Source of the DNA: Eledone cirrhosa
Lineage: Eukaryota
NCBI GenBank assembly: GCA_964016885.1
Contig: OZ024764.1
Coordinates: 4,154,001-4,218,000 of the forward strand
Direction: 5' to 3'
DNA length: 64,000 bases
The notes beneath the pieces were generated by a model that saw only the letters and a program-made list of their open reading frames with translations, had not been told where the DNA came from and ran no database searches. A program made the position numbers and the translations under genes. Below are positions 12,821 to 26,165 of this stretch, piece after piece (within the stretch, counting starts at the first letter, position 1; each line of letters opens with the position of its first letter).

Positions 12821-13140
12821 CCTGATGGGATGACAGAGTTCTTTGAGATACTGGCTGGAGTGCTCCAGGGAGATACATTGGCTCCCTACCTTTTCATCAT
12901 TGTAGTGGACTATTGTATGCGCCTTGCGCTGGAGAAACACCAGGACTCTGGCTATACTGTAGCACCGGCTCAGAGCAGGAGAGTTAAGGCGAAAAAGATA
13001 TTGGATGCTGAATTTGACGATGACATAGTTTTGGTGACAAACACAGTGAAGGAGGCAGAGGATTTGATGGAGGAGGTTGAGACTGTGTTGATGAGTGTGG
13101 GGCTGAGAATGAATGAGATTAAGACGAAATGTCTGGTAGA

Positions 13141-13143
<3 letters not shown>
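12821..13143 (+). pseudogene. Inverted reverse-transcriptase fragment, probably from the same family-3 LINE
   Basis: GVLQGDTLAPYLFIIVVDY...EFDDDIVLV...VGLRMNEIKTK (RT motifs QG and F/YxDD). Confidence 0.85.
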
Positions 13144-13177
<34 letters not shown>

Positions 13178-13180
<3 letters not shown>

Positions 13181-13788
13181 GTTGGTATGGTCACGTGATG
13201 AGCATGAAAGACGACAGCTGTATAAAAAAGTGCAGGGCAATAAAAATAGACGGTAGCCACGGAGTAGGCAGACCCAGAAAAACCTAGGACGACTTGATAA
13301 ATTCCGACCTCACACACTTACACCTCTCCAAGACAATGTCACTGGCCCGAGATCTTTGGCGCTACACAGTAACACAGAAGAGCGGCCTTACCTAAGGGCA
13401 AAGTAAAACCTACTACAGTCAGTAGGCACCTCTAACAAAAATACACCCCAGCCCCACTACCCCCACCCCATCGACACCACCCCTTTCAATGTAAAGTTAT
13501 GTTGGTACCACAACATCCAGTCCGAAACAAATGAGGTCGTGTAGGTGTCACGACAAAAAAACACGCAGTCCACGCCGTAATGTGGCCGTGTAGGTAACAC
13601 GGTAAAAACCTCCCAGCCCCACACTGTAAACGTGGTTGGTGTTAGGAAGGGCATCCAGCCGTAGAAAACCCGCCAGACAGTCCTATGCGAGCAAGACAAC
13701 CACTCTTGCCTCAAGTGGGAAAACTCCCGTCCAAACCCATGCAAGCGTGGAAGATGGTCGTTAAATGATGATGATGATGATGATGATA
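13178..13788 (+). mobile_element. RTE family 2, 3' fragment with long 3' UTR
   Basis: Collinear with 2224-2832. Confidence 0.9.
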
Positions 13789-13813
13789 TATATATATGTA
13801 TATATATATATAC

Positions 13814-13872
<59 letters not shown>

Positions 13873-14072
13873 CTTGGGGAGGGTCATATTTGTGTAATAT
13901 TGCCAGAATTAATAACAGAACACACTCATTATTTGGTTGGTTTTCGCTTCTCGCTTCTGTGTCTTTTATATCGGTAATCTAATATACTCGGTCCTCAATG
14001 TTGCCATTGACTGACCGACGGTCAAAAATAATACAGATACAATATAGACACAAACACATATATATATAGTTT

Positions 14073-14114
14073 ATCATAAATCTTTCGTTGCACATCTGCA
14101 ACATCGTCAGTGGT
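14073..14114 (-). ncRNA. Minimal type-I hammerhead ribozyme motif (repeat family A)
   Basis: acca CUGACGA u GUUGCA gaug UGCAAC GAAA gauu UA ugau. Confidence 0.65.
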
Positions 14115-14161
14115 GCTATATTTCCCTCCTGTTGTATTGTATGTCTATGCCATACAATAAC

Positions 14162-14197
<36 letters not shown>

Positions 14198-14217
14198 ATA
14201 TATATATATATATATAT

Positions 14218-14640
14218 ATCATCATCATCACCGTTTTACGTCCGTTCTTCCACGCTAGCATGGGTTAGACGGGTTGTCCTGTTGTGGGCAGTGTCTGGTC
14301 GGCTGACCATGCCTTGCTCATACAGGAACTGATCTGGCTTGATTTCTACAGCTGGATGCCCTTCCTAACACCAACCTCATTTACAGTGAGTGCTGGGTGC
14401 TTTTTCGTGGCGCCTACACGTCCACTTTACAGTGTGGGCTGGGTGCTTTTTTGCCGTGGCACCTCCACGACCACCTTGCGGTGGGGGGGGGGGGGCATAT
14501 TGTTTATATGCTTCAGCATGTACCCATGGGAGGTCGGGTACCCTGTATTACTGCGTGACGCCAGAAGTCACGGTCGTGTGTCATTGACTTTGAGAGGTGT
14601 AGTTGGGTAAGGTCGGCTTTTATCACCTCATCCCAAGTCA
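14218..14640 (-). mobile_element. RTE family 2b 3' end (ORF end plus 3' UTR with two pseudoknot units)
   Basis: Minus strand encodes [41 protein letters not shown], followed by the module and an (ATG)n tail. Confidence 0.8.
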
Positions 14641-14704
14641 TATATATATATATTTATTTATTTATTTTTATATTTATATATATTTATTTATTTATTTTTA
14701 TATT

Positions 14705-14761
<57 letters not shown>

Positions 14762-14947
14762 CATCGTCATCATCATCATCATCATCATCGTTTAACGTCC
14801 ATCTTCCACACTTAAAGTGAAATGGCAGGAGGTCAAATATGTTGAATTTCTTTAATTTTTTTATTACTGTAAACACTATACACATTTCAGTGGCCAACCA
14901 CCAAATTTAAATGTATATATGTGTATATATGTTTCTTTATACATAAT

Positions 14948-15318
14948 GTAAAACCTACTAGTCAGTAGGCACCTCTAACAAAATACACCCCGTCCCACCC
15001 CATCCACACCACCCCCTTCAATGCAAAGTTATGTTGGTACCACAACATCCAGGCCGAAACAAACGAGATCGTGTAGGTGTCATGACAATAAAACACACAG
15101 TCCACGCTGTAATGTGGCCGTGTAGGCAACACAGTAAAAACTTCCCAGCCCCACACTGTAAATGTGGTTGGTGTTAGGAAGGGCATCCAGCTGTAGAAAA
15201 CCCGCCAGACAGTCCTATGCGAGCAAGACAACCACTCTTGCCTCAAGTGGGAAAACCCCCGTCCAAACCCACGCAAGCGTGGAACAGGGACGTTAAATGA
15301 TGATGATGATGATGATGA
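14948..15318 (+). mobile_element. RTE family 2, 3' UTR only
   Basis: Matches 2448-2832. Confidence 0.88.
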
Positions 15319-15399
15319 TTTGTATAGCTCTCACAAGCCATTCATCTACACCTAGTTTACTAAGAGCCCACCAGATAATGGAGTATATATATATGTATT

Positions 15400-15927
15400 A
15401 AAAATGAATGGAATAACAACAACACCCAAACAAACAACACTGACCTAAGAGAAGTATAAATAAATAAATAAATACATAGACAAGCACAATAACAACAAAC
15501 ACATATAAACACACACTAGTAAAGATAGAATACATTAACCAATACACAGTCACCCAATCACGAACACACATCAAACAAAACACTATACACACACGCAAAC
15601 GCATGCGTAAAGAAGACAAAATAAAATAAACATAAATAAATATATAAACAGACTAAATAAAGATGGCGTAGAAAATACAATGCAACGGGAGGAAACAATA
15701 GCACCACTGACGATGTTGCAGATGTACAACGAAAGAACTTTGATAGACTATATATATGTGTTTGTGTCTATATTGTATCTGTGTTTTTGACCGTTGGTCA
15801 GTCAATGGCAACATTGAGGACCGAATAAATTAAATTACCGATATAAAAGACACAGAAGCGAAAACCAACCAAACAGTGAGTGTGTTCTGTTATTAATTCT
15901 GGCAATATTACACAAATATGACCCTCC

Positions 15928-15930
<3 letters not shown>
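15400..15930 (+). mobile_element. Repeat family A, long copy (Penelope-like pseudo-LTR)
   Basis: Homologous to 13870-14160(-) and 1-115; contains a hammerhead motif. Confidence 0.65.
15703..15744 (+). ncRNA. Minimal type-I hammerhead ribozyme motif
   Basis: acca CUGACGA u GUUG cagaugua CAAC GAAA gaac UU ugau. Confidence 0.6.
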
Positions 15931-15964
<34 letters not shown>

Positions 15965-16149
15965 AAAGTTCTATTTAAAATTGTTGGGATACAACAAGTA
16001 AATATTTTTATAACTGATATAAAGCACTCGACAAGTATTTTTTCTCCATGCATCTCTCTCTCTTAGATACTTCTCCACGTTTTTTTTTTCTTTCTCTCTC
16101 TCCGTCTTCTTCTTTCTCTCCGTCTTTTTCTAATTGTCCTTAACACTAT

Positions 16150-16365
16150 GACTTATTAAAGTAATATAAACAATTCACTATCCGGATGGCTTCCAAAAAT
16201 AATGGTTGCATTTTAATAGGGTACGTCAAAGCTTATTTGTAAAACTGTTATATATTGTATTTTGTCTGATGAAGGCATACCATAATTTAATTTGGTATCC
16301 CTGAAATATGTATAATGAAATAGATATGGTTTTATAAATATAGTTTCCATTTATTAATATCGTAT
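16150..16365 (+). mobile_element. Repeat family B with hammerhead-like core
   Basis: CTGATGA aggcatacca-loop-tggtatccct GAAA tatgta; other copies at 26281-26604 and 43170-43265(-). Confidence 0.55.
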
Positions 16366-16371
16366 TATATA

Positions 16372-16539
<168 letters not shown>

Positions 16540-16620
16540 AGCAAAAGGGATATTCAATTTGTTGGTAATTCAACAAATATATATGTTTATAACTGATATA
16601 TATATATATATAATTATATA

Positions 16621-17811
16621 CCGTATATACTCGCGTATAGGTCGCCTCGGCAGATAGGTCGCATCCCCACTTTACATTTAACAAATAGGCTATTTGCCAT
16701 TGACTCGCAGATAGGTCGCACTAAAATTTGGGCCGTCAAACTACTATTGTTTATGATAATTGAAACTAATAATCTGTTAGTTTTCCATTACTTCGCCGTT
16801 GCGATATATACTCCAAACCATGTTTTATTTATAAAATAAATATTAACGTCATCGAAATCTCGTCAATTCGAGATTACTGCGAGATAAAGCCTTTAAGCAC
16901 GAAAATTAACTCTTAATATAGTGAAACAACTTGAAATAACTTGAAATAACACGTGTTTTTTAACGTTGAAAGTATAACAGACTTTTAGCGTATCAACATG
17001 GCTTCCCAAAGTAGTGAATACCGACTTTGAAGGTTTTACATGCGACGACATTCGAAATGAAAAAGAAACACAAGATAATATTAGTGATTTATCTTCAAAT
17101 GAATCAGACGTATTTATTTCTGTCGATGATAGTTACTTTGAAAGTGAAAGCGAAGATCTGACGGACACCATTGAAAATATTACAGCAACGTGGTTGAAAG
17201 ATACAACACCAATACATGTTCACACCTGTTAATGAACTTATATATTGGGAACATTCTGTTACGTAAATTTACACCGTACATTGTGTAAGAGTACATTGCA
17301 AATATTATTTTGACTGGTGAAAAGGTTTTATACATTTTTTTCAATGAAAATATTTGCCTGGAATGTAGAGAAAGACTAAAACCTTGTACTGATTATATCT
17401 GCATTTTTAATTAATTCACCACATGCAATAATCTGTTTCCTGTTAAAGTAAATACGTCACAATACATGTTCATAGCAACGCTAAGACAATTAAATCACAT
17501 TTTAAATACCGGGTATGCATTTCTATGGATTTTAATGACGGATGGTTCGGTCAGATAGAAAAAAACGAAAACACTACGAAGTTTTAGTAAAATATTTAAA
17601 ATCAAGAACTATATGTATAAGAAGGTCGATATATGAAATTATTATGTTAAATAATAAAAAATATTAACAAAGTTATTTTTATAAATACCAATCGTTGATT
17701 AAGTCTATGAAAAATCATTGGTCAGTCTGATGTCGATCGAATAGGTCGCACTCCAAAAATTTATACTTATTTATCGTTAAAAAAGTGCGACCTATACGCG
17801 AGTATATACGG
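16621..17811. mobile_element. Non-autonomous Tc1/mariner-superfamily (Tc2/pogo-like) DNA transposon, 1191 bp
   Basis: Perfect 25-bp TIR ccgtatatactcgcgtataggtcgc / gcgacctatacgcgagtatatacgg, TA on both sides, subterminal ataggtcgc repeats. Confidence 0.92.
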
Positions 17812-17814
17812 TAA

Positions 17815-17960
17815 TCATAATAATAAATATGAAGACCAAAATCCAAAGAGGGCTCGATAAGGATAAATATATATCAAATATATGAGAACCCTAGAGCAAA
17901 TATTTATTAAAATATCAGATTAAAGTTTAAGAAAAGAATTGCTGCTTTCACCCTTAACTG

Positions 17961-17962
<2 letters not shown>
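17815..17962 (+). mobile_element. Dispersed repeat family C fragment
   Basis: Copies at 26750-26850, 35060-35370 and 43270-43430. Confidence 0.7.
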
Positions 17963-17964
<2 letters not shown>

Positions 17965-17993
<29 letters not shown>

Positions 17994-18200
17994 TAAAAAA
18001 ATAATGAATAAAACAATGAAACAGTTCCTTATATTAAACAAAAAAAGTTCATTATTTAACGATCGTTTCTAGGATATATATGTGTTGGAATTGGCATGCA
18101 TATTCAACAGATCTATGTACAAAATTATACAAAATTATACAAACTATCAAAAGTTCTTCATACGGATTGGACACTACCGTAAACTCTTGGTAGATTTATC

Positions 18201-18252
<52 letters not shown>

Positions 18253-18459
18253 TAAAAAAATAATGAATAAAACAATGAAACAGTTCCTTATATTAAACAA
18301 AAAAAGTTCATTATTTAACGATCGTTTCTAGGATATATATGTGTTGGAATTGGCATGCATATTCAACAGATCTATGTACAAAATTATACAAAATTATACA
18401 AACTATCAAAAGTTCTTCATACGGATTGGACACTACCGTAAACTCTTGGTAGATTTATC

Positions 18460-18521
<62 letters not shown>

Positions 18522-18728
18522 TAAAAAAATAATGAATAAAACAATGAAACAGTTCCTTATATTAAACAAAAAAAGTTCATTATTTAACGATCGTTTCTAG
18601 GATATATATGTGTTGGAATTGGCATGCATATTCAACAGATCTATGTACAAAATTATACAAAATTATACAAACTATCAAAAGTTCTTCATACGGATTGGAC
18701 ACTACCGTAAACTCTTGGTAGATTTATC

Positions 18729-18765
<37 letters not shown>
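17965..18765. repeat. Triplicated ~260-270-bp unit with (TA)n spacers
   Basis: gatcgtttctagg at 18061, 18320 and 18589. Confidence 0.95.
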
Positions 18766-18771
<6 letters not shown>

Positions 18772-18809
18772 GTTTATATATATATATATATACGTTTATA
18801 TATATATAT

Positions 18810-20886
18810 ACATCATCATCATTTTACGTCCGCTTTTCCCTGCTTGCAAGGGTGGGACGGGTCTTATTCAGCACACGATCTCTCCATTTGTCACGGTCCT
18901 TCGTCATCTCCTCTGTGAGCTTCAACGATCTGAGGTCTGTTCTCACCACCTCCGCCCATGTTTTTCGTGGTCTACCTCTACCATGTCTTCCTTCAACTGG
19001 CATTTCCTGGCACTTCTTCACCCATCGGTCATCCTCCATGCGCATCACATGTCCATACCACCTCAGTCTCCTCTCCCGTACACTACATTCTATCCCTCTC
19101 AGACACAGTTTCTCTCTCAACACATCACATGTCCATACCACCTCAGTCTCCTCTCCCGTACACTACATTCTATCCCTCTCAGACACAGTTTCTCTCTCAA
19201 CACATCACATGTCCATACCACCTCAGTCTCCTCTCTCGCACACTACATTCTATCCCTCTCAGACATAGTTTCTCTCTCAACACATCACATGTCCATACCA
19301 CCTCAGTCTCCTCTCTCGCACACTACAACTTATCCCTCTTATACCCAGTTTCTCTCTCAACACATTTATGCTGGGTCGTTCACGCACATTGACATTGCAC
19401 ATCCAACGGAGCATGCTTGCCGCATTTCTCTCCAGCCGTCACATATCCTCTGAAGTTGCTGCCCATATATCACTACCATGCAGCATCGCGCTCCTCACAC
19501 AGGCATCATATAACTGGCCTTTCGTACGCAGGGAGAAACCCTTCTTCAACAGCAGAGGAAGCGGCTCCCTAAACTTCTTCCAACCCGTCCTTATTCTAGA
19601 TACTATGGCCTCGGAACACCCCCCTCCCATGCTAATCTGATCTCCTAGGTACCGGAAGCTATCCACCACTTCTATAGCACCCGCCTGCATTTGAAAAATG
19701 TGTCTATCAATGCGACTTCTACTGTCAAATTTCCCTGTACATCTACTGCATACATATTTCTCCCTACCTGTTAGTTTGCCTGCTATCCCGCTACATCTCT
19801 TGTGTACCCAGGATCTGCATTATGTGCATTTTATAGAATTTATGCCAGTTCCTTTTCTGCATATCGAACATGGCCATTTCCCTGACGGAATCGGTGTTTT
19901 GTCCTCTTTTCTACTCATCAACACTTTTGTCTTAGCTAGGTTCACTCTCAGTCCTCTTGCTTCCAACTGCTGTTTCCATAGCCAGAATGTATTCTCTAGC
20001 TCCTCTACTGATTCTGCTATAAGAACCAGATCGTCAGCATAGAGAAGTTCCCATGGACAGCCAGTCTTAAACTCCTCTGTTATGGTTTGGAGGACTATAA
20101 TGAACAAGAGCGGGCTGAGGACCGAACCTTGATGTACACCTACTTGTATCTGGAATTCCTCACTAAACTCCATTCCTACCCTGACTTTACTGAGAGTACC
20201 TCTGTACAAAGTTTGCACTGTCCTCACGAGCCATTCCTCAACACTTAATTTCCTTAGGGACCACCAGATGACAGATCGGGGTACCCTATCAAAGGCCTTC
20301 TCTAGGTCAACAAAGGCTAAGTATAGTGGCTTATTCTTCTGTAAGAACCTCTCTTGCAATTGTCTCCCCAAGAAGAGGGCATCTGTTGTACTTTTCCCAG
20401 GCACAAAACCAAACTGCATCTCATCTAGTTTGACCCTTTCTCTAATTAGTTGTGCTAAAATCCTTTCTGCCACTTTCATAACTTGATCCATCAGTTTTAT
20501 ACCCCTATAATTGCACCTCTCCAGAGCATCCCCTTTACCTTTGTAGCAATTTATGAGAATACTGCTGCACCAGTCTTTGGGTATGACACCACCATATATA
20601 GCCTGATTGATTATGCGTGCAACCAGTTTAGTGCCTACGTCCCCTGATGCCTTCAGCATCTCAGCAATAAATCCCTGACGGTTCAGCAGCCCTACCATTT
20701 TTCATTTCCTTAATCACCTCTTGGACCCTAATTCGTCAATCTCAATAGCTGGTCCCTCTGTCGGATCTACTGAGGGTAATTTCTCTCTCTCCCATTCGTT
20801 CTCCACATTCATCAGTCTCTCATAATGACATTTCCAGGCCTCCTTTTTCTGATCATTCATGACACTAAGTACACCGGCATCATTCC
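18810..20886 (-). mobile_element. RTE LINE family 1, 5'-truncated and decayed; internal 80-bp segment repeated four times (19043-19365)
   Basis: RT motifs FVDLEKAFDRV, VHQGSVLSP and LYADD; collinear with 49525-51357. Confidence 0.95.
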
Positions 20887-20953
20887 AGACACATACGTGT
20901 GTGTGTACATATATATATATATATAAACGTATATACATATATATATATAAACG

Positions 20954-20986
<33 letters not shown>

Positions 20987-21010
20987 ATACGTTTATATAT
21001 ATATATATAC

Positions 21011-21047
<37 letters not shown>

Positions 21048-21163
21048 CATTTATATATATATATATATATATATACGTTTATATATATATATATATATAT
21101 ACGTTATATACATATATATATATATACATATATATAAACGTATATACATATATATATATAAAC

Positions 21164-21195
<32 letters not shown>

Positions 21196-21526
21196 ACGTT
21201 TATATATATATATATATGTATATACGTTTATATATATGTATATACGTTTATATATATATATATGTATACACGTTTATATATATATATGTATATACGTTTA
21301 TATATATATATATATATACGTTTATATATATATATGTATATACGTTTATATATATATATATATGTATATACGTTTATATATATATATATATACATAATCA
21401 CAAACAGAAACCCAAACCCTCCATCTTAATTTAATTTTGAAGATCATTAAAACTGGGATACAGGTAAATAAATAAAGTAAATAAATAAATATTCTTAAAA
21501 GACTTTTCATTTCCTTTCCATATAGA

Positions 21527-22500
21527 CATACAGTATATTGCCAAATATACTATACATACATGTATATATACATCACTATTTCAGAGCACCAATACTAATA
21601 ACTAATTTTTGCTGGACCACCAACCGCTGATTAATTAGCTCTTAATTATTACTGGAATTCTATAAGAATCCTGCTTCTATAAATCTCGGCAGAAGCAAGA
21701 GAGTGAGTGGTCTTGATAAACGCTATGTGTCTAACACATGTGGACATGCCCTCAAAGTCAGAAAACAGCACAGCTCCCATGACTTTCGGAAACATTTTTT
21801 CACGCTCAGAGTTGCTGAAGCATGGAACAAACTACCTGCATCAGTTGTTAGCTGTCGAGACACTGCATCCTTTACAACCTCCATGGAACAAACTACCTGC
21901 ATCAGTTGTTAGCTGTCGAGACACTGCATCCTTTAAGGCCTCCATGGAACAAACTACCTGCATCAGTTGTTAGCTGTCGAGACACTGCATCCTTTAAAAC
22001 CTCCATGGAACAAACTAGCTGCATCAGTTGTTAGCTGTCGAGACACTGCATCCTTTAAGGCCTCCATGGAACAAACTACCTGCATCAGTTGTTAGCTGTC
22101 GAGACACTGCATCCTTTAAGGCCTCCATGCTTCCCGAGATCCGCCAACACTACACCTGATGTTCCCCCTCCATACACATACACACATGTATACCATGACT
22201 CATACACTATTCACTTCCCTGACATTTGTGTATTATTCTATGTACTATACATGCACCTTTGACGAGTTGTAGTGCACCTGAGCACTGTACACAATAATTT
22301 CATTATTATTATTATTAAGTGAGAAACAAACTGTCGATTACTCTTCCTTGCTTCTGCCGAGAATAAGTAAGTGACAGTTACTATGTTAAAACTCATAGCA
22401 AATGGTCTTCGAAATATTTTTAATTAAACATACAGTATATTGCCAAATATACTGTACATAAATTCGTGTATACATCGCTATTTCAAAGCACCAATACTAA
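21527..22500 (+). mobile_element. Repeat family D (~310-bp unit with terminal redundancy), interrupted by CR1
   Basis: catacagtatattgccaaatatact...caccaatactaa at both 21527-21598 and 22428-22500; homologous to 36892-37242(-) and 37654-38060. Confidence 0.7.
21726..22317 (+). mobile_element. CR1-type LINE 3' end with the 61-bp unit in 5 copies
   Basis: SNTCGHALKVRKQHSSHDFRKHFFTLRVAEAWNKLPASVVS fits the CR1 ORF2 C-terminal motif; (ATT)n tail. Confidence 0.88.
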
Positions 22501-22524
22501 TATATATACAATAAACTATGACGA

Positions 22525-22555
<31 letters not shown>

Positions 22556-22558
<3 letters not shown>

Positions 22559-22893
22559 TTTCATCATCATCATTTCATTTTACGTCCGCTTTTCCCTGCT
22601 TGCAAGGGTGGGACGGGAACTGATTTTGGCTTGATTTCTACAGCTGGATGCCCTTCCTAACACCAACCTCATTTACAGTGAGTGCTGGGTGCTTTTTTGC
22701 CGTGGCACCTCCACGACCACTTTACAGTGGAATGATAGGGACCTCAGTCCTATGATCTCATTTCTACAGCTGAGTAAACTGGAGCAATGTGAAATAAAGT
22801 GTCTTGCTCAAGGAAACAACACATCACCCGGTCTGAGAATTGAACTCACAACCTTTCAATTGCAAGCCCAATGCTCTAACCACTAAGCCATGT
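22556..22893 (-). mobile_element. SINE family A
   Basis: Near-identical to other copies. Confidence 0.9.
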
Positions 22894-23074
22894 ATATATA
22901 TATATATATCATCATCGTCATAGTTTATTTATCTTATATTTTTTCATAGGTGCCTTTTAATATTATAGTCTGGTCTAATTGATTTTTTATGTGGTTGATA
23001 TGCTAATTGGGACAGGAAATGGTGTATATATATTATCAAATGATTCTATGGACATACTTTATTGTATATATATA

Positions 23075-23240
23075 TCATCATCATCATCGATTAACATCTA
23101 TCTTCCATGCTAGCATGGGTTAGATGGGTTTGTTCCATTTAGAGGCAAGGCGATTAGGGTGACTGTGTCTCGCACATATAGGAGAGTTTCTGGCTGTTTT
23201 TTTACGGCTGGATGCCCTTCCTAACACCAACCACATTAGA
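23075..23240 (-). mobile_element. RTE-related non-autonomous element, 3' portion
   Basis: ggtgttaggaagggcatccagccgtaaaa followed by cccatctaacccatgctagcatggaaga and (ATG)n. Confidence 0.75.
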
Positions 23241-25717
23241 TAATATAGTCCTAGATACACTGTGTCTGTATATAAGACAGGACACATTAGATAATGTAGT
23301 CCTAGGTACACTGTATCTGTATATAAGACAGGACACATTAGATAATGTAGTCCTAGGTACACTGTGTCTGTATATAAGACAGGACACATTAGATAATGTA
23401 GTCCTAGATACACTGTGTCTGTATATAAGACAGGACACATTAGATAATGTAGTCCTAGGTACACTGTGTCTGTATATAAGACAGGACACATTAGATAATG
23501 TAGTCCTAGGTACACTGTGTCTGTATATAAGACAGGACACATTAGATAATGTAGTCCTAGGTACACTGTGTCTGTATATAAGACGGAACACATTAGATAA
23601 TGTAGTCCTAGGTACACTGTGTCTGTATATAAGACAGGACACATTAGATAATGTAGTCCTAGGTACACTGTGTCTGTATATAAGACAGGACACATTAGAT
23701 AATGTAGTCCTAGGTACACTGTGTCTGTATATAAGACAGGACACATTAGATAATGTAGTCCTAGGTACACTGTGTCTGTATATAAGACAGGACACATTAG
23801 ATAATGTAGTCCTAGATACACTGTGTCTGTATATAAGACAGGACACATTAGATAATGTAGTTCTAGGTACACTGTGTCTGTATATAAGACAGGACACATT
23901 AGATAATGTAGTCCTAGGTACACTGTGTCTGTATATAAGACAGGACACATTAGATAATGTAGTCCTAGATACACTGTGTCTGTATATAAGACAGGACACA
24001 TTAGATAATGTAGTCCTAGGTACACTGTGTCTGTATATAAGACAGGACACATTAGATAATGTAGTCCTAGGTACACTGTGTCTGTATATAAGACAGGACA
24101 CATTAGATAATGTAGTCCTAGGTACACTGTGTCTGTATATAAGACAGGACACATTAGATAATGTAGTCCTAGATACACTGTGTCTGTATATAAGACAGGA
24201 CACATTAGATAATGTAGTCCTAGGTACACTGTGTCTGTATATAAGACAGGACACATTAGATAATGTAGTCCTAGGTACACTGTGTCTGTATATAAGACAG
24301 GACACATTAGATAATGTAGTCCTAGGTACACTGTGTCTGTATATAAGACAGGACACATTAGATAATGTAGTCCTAGGTACACTGTGTCTGTATATAAGAC
24401 GGAACACATTAGATAATGTAGTCCTAGGTACACTGTGTCTGTATATAAGAAGGACACATTAGATAATGTAGTCCTAGGTACACTGTGTCTGTATATAAGA
24501 CAGGACACATTAGATAATGTAGTCCTAGGTACACTGTGTCTGTATATAAGACAGGTCACATTAGATAATGTAGTCCTAGGTACACTGTGTCTGTATATAA
24601 GACAGGACACATTAGATAATGTAGTCCTAGGTACACTGTGTCTGTATATAAGACAGAACACATTAGATAATGTAGTCCTAGATACACTGTGTCTGTATAA
24701 AAGACAGGACACATTAGATAATGTAGTCCTAGGTACACTGTGTCTGTATAAAAGACAGGACACATTAGATAGTGTAGTCCTAGATACACTGTGTCTGTAT
24801 ATAAGACAGGACACATTAGATAATGTAGTCCTAGGTACACTGTGTCTGTATATAAGACAGGACACATTAGATAATGTAGTCCTAGGTACACTGTGTCTGT
24901 ATATAAGAAGGACACATTAGATAGTGTAGTCCTAGATACACTGTGTCTGTATATAAGACGGAACACATTAGATAATGTAGTCCTAGGTACACTGTGTCTG
25001 TATATAAGAAGGACACATTAGATAATGTAGTCCTAGGTACACTGTGTCTGTATATAAGACAGGACACATTAGATAATGTAGTCCTAGGAATACTGTGTCT
25101 GTATATAAGACAGGACACATTAGATAATGTAGTCCTAGGTACACTGTGTCTGTATATAAGAAGGACACATTAGATAATGTAGTCCTAGGTACACTGTGTC
25201 TGTATATAAGACAGGACACATTAGATAATGTAGTCCTAGGTACACTGTGTCTGTATATAAGACAGGACACATTAGATAATGTAGTCCTAGATACACTGTG
25301 TCTGTATATAAGAAGGACACATTAGATAATGTAGTCCTAGGTACACTGTGTCTGTATATAAGACAGGACACATTAGATAATGTAGTCCTAGGTACACTGT
25401 GTCTGTATATAAGAAGGACACATTAGATAGTGTAGTCCTAGATACACTGTGTCTGTATATAAGACAGGACACATTAGATAATGTAGTCCTAGGTACACTG
25501 TGTCTGTATATAAGACAGGACACATTAGATAGTGTAGTCCTAGGTAGACTGTGCCTGAATATACAGACACAGTGTACCTAGGACTACATTATCTAATGTG
25601 TCCTGTCTTATATACAGACACAGTGTACCTAGGACTACATTATCTAACGTGTCCTGTCTTATATACAGACACAGTGTACCTAGGACTACATTATCTAATG
25701 TGTCCTGTCTTATATAC
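23233..25717. repeat. 51-bp minisatellite (about 45 copies forward, then about 3 inverted)
   Basis: Unit gacacattagataatgtagtcctaggtacactgtgtctgtatataagacag; orientation flips at about 25560. Confidence 0.97.
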
Positions 25718-25936
25718 GTATATATATATATACATATATATGTATATATATGATTGTGCGTGTGTGTGTATATATATATATATATGTATATAGATGTATC
25801 TATGTAATTCTGTGTATATATATATATTTATATATATATATATATATATGTAAAAGGTAAACAGAAATAACAACACAATCAGTACAGTATATGGAAGGGA
25901 TATATTAGTTTAACACTTGATATAGCAGGAAGAGGG

Positions 25937-25972
25937 TCTTAACGTTTCGGACGCTAGTCCTTCATCAGAAGA
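25937..25972 (-). ncRNA. Minimal type-I hammerhead ribozyme motif (family E)
   Basis: ucuu CUGAUGA a GGAC uagc GUCC GAAA cg UU aaga; intact core with palindromic stem III (ACGU). Confidence 0.75.
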
Positions 25973-26134
25973 AAGAATGAGAAATAAGATAGATTGAGGG
26001 GACGGGTGGGGTGGAATTGGAAAAAAAAAATATATATATATATATATACACATAAATATGCATGTGTATATGTATATGTATATATATATCTGTATATATA
26101 TATATATATATATGTGTGTATATATCTTTATCTA

Positions 26135-26165
<31 letters not shown>

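Noticed and set aside
23120-24865. 581-aa, 416-aa and 401-aa ORFs
   Set aside because: Artefacts of a stop-free 51-bp (17-codon) minisatellite.
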